A stretch of DNA of 64,000 nucleotides from a virus (Duplodnaviria > Caudoviricetes), in the IMG/VR virus record IMGVR_UViG_3300035425_000025, positions 10,103 to 74,102 of that record. The stretch is one strand, 5' to 3'. The notes under the pieces are model-generated. The model made no database searches and was not told the origin of the DNA. It was given only the letters and a program-made list of their open reading frames with translations. Positions 61,101 to 64,000 of this stretch are shown one piece after another. The position numbers and the translations under genes are program-made. Position 1 is the stretch's first letter. The number at the start of each line of letters is the position of its first letter.

Positions 61101-62318
61101 ATAAAAGTAGAAAGGCGTGAGCAAATAATCATACGAAAGAATCATCCAAAATTCAAAGTTATAGATCAACAGTGTTTTCATTCTAAGAATCTTTACAATG
61201 AAGCAAATTATGAAATAAGACAGAAATTCATAAATAACGGAGAATATATATCATATAACAAAATGAATTTTGAATTTAAGACACACGAAAATTACAAACT
61301 TACATTCAGTCAACCAGCGAATTGTACTCTAAGAGTTTTAGATAAAAACTGGAAATCCTATTTCAGAGCAATAAAAGACTGGAAGAATAATCCGTCAAAA
61401 TATCTTGGTATGCCTAAGTTGCCAAAGTATTTAAAAAAGGACGGTAGGTTTCCTTGGATGATTCCCAATAATCAGTTGGTCTATGACTATGAAAAAGGAA
61501 CGGTTTATATCAGGAACAGATTACTTAATGATTATGAATGGAAATGTCGCTGCCTTGGCAGAATCATTCAAGTCAGATTTATTCCAAAAGGTTCCTGTTA
61601 TGTAATGGAAATTGTCTATGAAACAGAAGTTCCAGATGTAAAAACAGAAAGCAATCGCATAGCAAGTATTGATTTGGGTGTAGATAATCTTGTAACTATG
61701 ACAAATAATATCGGTTTGAATCCAATTATTATTAACGGCAAGGGAATCAAAAGTATCAATCAATACTATAACAAACGATTGGCGAAAGAAAAATCTTTAT
61801 TGAAAATACGTCATGGAAAAGACTGGTCTAAGAAACTGGATTCTATTACATTTAAAAGATATCAGAGGATCAAGAACTATATGCACAATGCAAGTGCTTG
61901 TGTAGTGAAGTGGTGTGCAGAAAATGATATTGACACTTTGGTAGTAGGCAAGAATAAGGAATGGAAACAGAGTATAGATATGGGTAAACAAAGCAATCAG
62001 AAGTTTGTGAGTATTCCTTATCAGATGTTGTTACAGCAACTCAAATATAAATGTGAAAATGTTGGAATTAAATATATTGAAACTGAGGAGAGTTATTCTT
62101 CAGGAACAAGTTTCTTAGATGGAGAAGAAACTATTAAACAGAATTACGATAAGTCAAGACGGATAGAAAGAGGGTTGTTTAGAAGTAACTCTGGATTGCT
62201 TATCAATAGTGATGTAAACGGATCATTACAAATTATGATGAAGGTATTCCCAAATGCGTTCAATGAGCGATATGGGATAGAGGGTGTTCTAACCCCTATA
62301 GTTATAAATGCAGCGTAA
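61101..62318 (+). mobile_element. tnpB: solo TnpB RNA-guided nuclease (IS200/IS605-type, no TnpA)
   Basis: SIDLGVDNL, LVVGKN...ETEESYSS, NSDVNGSLQI; frame open upstream to ATA 61101 after GGAGGTG. Confidence 0.9.
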
Positions 62319-62442
62319 GTTGTGTGATTTACTATGAATGTCAAAAAGGCAATAGAAGAAACATTTGATTGTTACAGCTCCTCAACTCTCCTGTACAATA
62401 TCATTATGGGATTTAGGGGCATTATGTAAAGGTAAAATGAAA

Positions 62443-63243
62443 TGGAAAATCAGAACAAGGAATTATATTTTGCGAAAACAGTTATTGGAGCAATTGAAAA
62501 TGTGAAAGTGCCAATGCTCATGTATGAAGAAGAAAAAATGGTAGTTAAAAAGGCGTTGCAGATGTATATTGACAAAATTGAAATGGATGCTCGATGTAAA
62601 TAATCTTAGAGGGATTGTGGAGGGAAAGGGAAATATGGAGAGATTGACAAAAGCTGAATTAGTAAATGGATTTCCTGTATGCTATCCGAATAATTGTTCT
62701 GGATTGCCGGAATTTGTGACAAAGGGGAATCCATACAGGAATATAGTGGAAAGGCTAAAAGCGTATGAAGACCTTGAGGAACAAGGGAAACTGCTGAAAC
62801 TAGAAGATAAGTACCAAAAAATAATGATAGGTCAGGAAATTTTCGTTGTAGAAGATGGTGATGTAAAGCCTAGAAAGATATGCCGTATAAATGAGTGGTG
62901 GAACGATTATCATGGATTTCAGGGAGAATATGCCGCCATTCCATCAAAATGTTTTGGTTCGTGGGAATTCAAATATGAGGATTTCGGCAAGACGGTCTTC
63001 CTCGCCAGAGAAGAAGCCGAAGCCACATTGAAAGAATTAAGGGATAAGAAAGGATAGGGAAATATGGATTTTAAAATACCATTACATATTGCGAAAGAAA
63101 TAAAAAAATATTGCGAACAGCAAGATTTTGGTGGTGATGAAAATAAGGAAACTTGCAGGTATTGTGTTTTTTGTGGCAGGCATGGGGATTGTATGTTGCA
63201 TGATGATAAAATGGGATTTCCGAGCAACTGGAAGACTCCGTAA
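62443..63243 (+). other. three hypothetical genes (62443, 62636, 63064)
   Basis: RBSs; VERLKAYEDLEEQGKLL...DFGKTVFLAREEAEA is a common phage motif. Confidence 0.65.
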
Positions 63244-63274
63244 TTGGCGGGAAAATAGAGCGAGGTAAGGAAAA

Positions 63275-63545
63275 ATGAGCGGTGATTTGATTAGCAGAAG
63301 TGCATTGATGCAGTCTTTGAGAAACAATGTGTTGGTTGATGTGACACCAAATCTGGAACAGGCGATTGAAGAACAGCCTATGACGTGGATAAGGTTGTGG
63401 AAGGATTGCGGTTAGAATTAGGACTTGCTGATAAAGAAAAGGAACGATGCGCAAAAGAAAATCCATTACAATTTGATGAAGCAAAAGGTTATGCCAGAGG
63501 AGTGGCTGTTGCATTAGAAGTAGTCAAATCCGGCGGCGTTGAATG
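63275..63545 (+). pseudogene. phage protein frameshifted near 63378 (likely loss of one 7-bp ACAGCCT unit)
   Basis: DLISRSAL...IEEQP / DVDKVVEGL...VVKSGGVE in a different frame. Confidence 0.6.
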
Positions 63546-63920
63546 AAACTAGCATGCGTATGGGCAGTTATAATACGGCTGACAAAAAGCAGAATAAGAA
63601 ACAAAATGAAATTAGAACATTGTATATCCTATATGGAAGAGTATAGGTGTGATTTGACAAAAGAATTAGACGAAGTTTCAGGTATTTCAAGAAACAATCA
63701 CTACGATATGTTTTATCATTACATATTGGCAAATAAATGGTGCAAAAATCAAAAGTGCCTTGCTATTAGAGTGCCTGGTGGTACGGTTGGAGGTATTCAT
63801 TTTGATGATAATAATGTCATTACAAAGATAATACTTGATACAGATTATGTAGTAAAAACATATCCAAGTAATATAAATGAATTAATTCAGAAATTTATTG
63901 GAGAAACAATAGAGTGGTAA
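63543..63920 (+). CDS. hypothetical protein
   Basis: ORF track; start probably 63606. Confidence 0.65.
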   Translation: MKLACVWAVIIRLTKSRIRNKMKLEHCISYMEEYRCDLTKELDEVSGISRNNHYDMFYHYILANKWCKNQKCLAIRVPGGTVGGIHFDDNNVITKIILDTDYVVKTYPSNINELIQKFIGETIEW

Positions 63921-64000
63921 TAAAATAAATCTTTCAAAGAAATAGAAATAGTAACTGAACGTCCATTAAGCCCCCAGCAGAGCTGGGGAGAATAGAGTGA

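Larger units (their letters stand above)
23635..63936. repeat. dispersed 16-bp palindrome TRAAW-N6-TTTYA at accessory gene junctions (~30 copies)
   Basis: e.g. TGAAAtcatcgTTTCA 35022, TGAAAtccggtTTTCA 41311, TGAAAtgttgcTTTCA 42127, TAAAAcgaaggTTTCA 61060. Confidence 0.8.

Noticed and set aside
23635-63936. Junction motif as a mere stop-codon plus AT-richness artefact
   Set aside because: About a dozen copies lie away from the stop, the spacer length is fixed and the right arm is conserved; formal statistics are still needed
1-64000. CRISPR array, rRNA, and many short antisense ORFs in the track (e.g. 339, 3617, 5094, 9241, 14846, 30356, 48350, 51050, 58848, 60735)
   Set aside because: No regularly spaced repeats or rRNA signatures; those ORFs lie opposite well-supported genes

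Overview
AT-rich (about 30% GC by eye) segment of a large temperate SPbeta-like phage/prophage. The host is probably a Clostridia/Lachnospiraceae-type Firmicute (inference). The left arm (1-18.7 kb, minus strand) carries core functions: YonO-type single-subunit RNA polymerase, two HU-like proteins, a YonJ/YonK-like pair, a tyrosine recombinase, a deaminase, ParB and three tRNA genes, with an inserted type I toxin-antitoxin module. After a divergent promoter pair at about 18.7 kb the right arm is almost all plus strand. It holds many short accessory genes (ArdA, DarA_C, YefM-YoeB, Fic, FRG, AbiH, macrodomain, AbrB-like, TnpB, Thg1 with a LAGLIDADG insertion), a repressor/Cro switch and a LexA-box promoter driving two more tRNAs and a sigma factor. 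The main features not explained by gene annotation are: (1) about 30 copies of a 16-bp palindrome TRAAW-N6-TTTYA at accessory gene junctions, suggesting a cassette-like architecture; (2) three long, highly structured non-coding tracts (0.72-1.14, 19.9-20.9 and 57.0-57.5 kb); (3) a hammerhead ribozyme; (4) a tRNA-Ile(UAU) plus two CAU tRNAs; (5) a Thg1 gene interrupted at a prfB-like CTT-TGA-C site. Several accessory genes show ordinary decay. No CRISPR array or rRNA was seen. All family calls come from motif recognition, not database searches.
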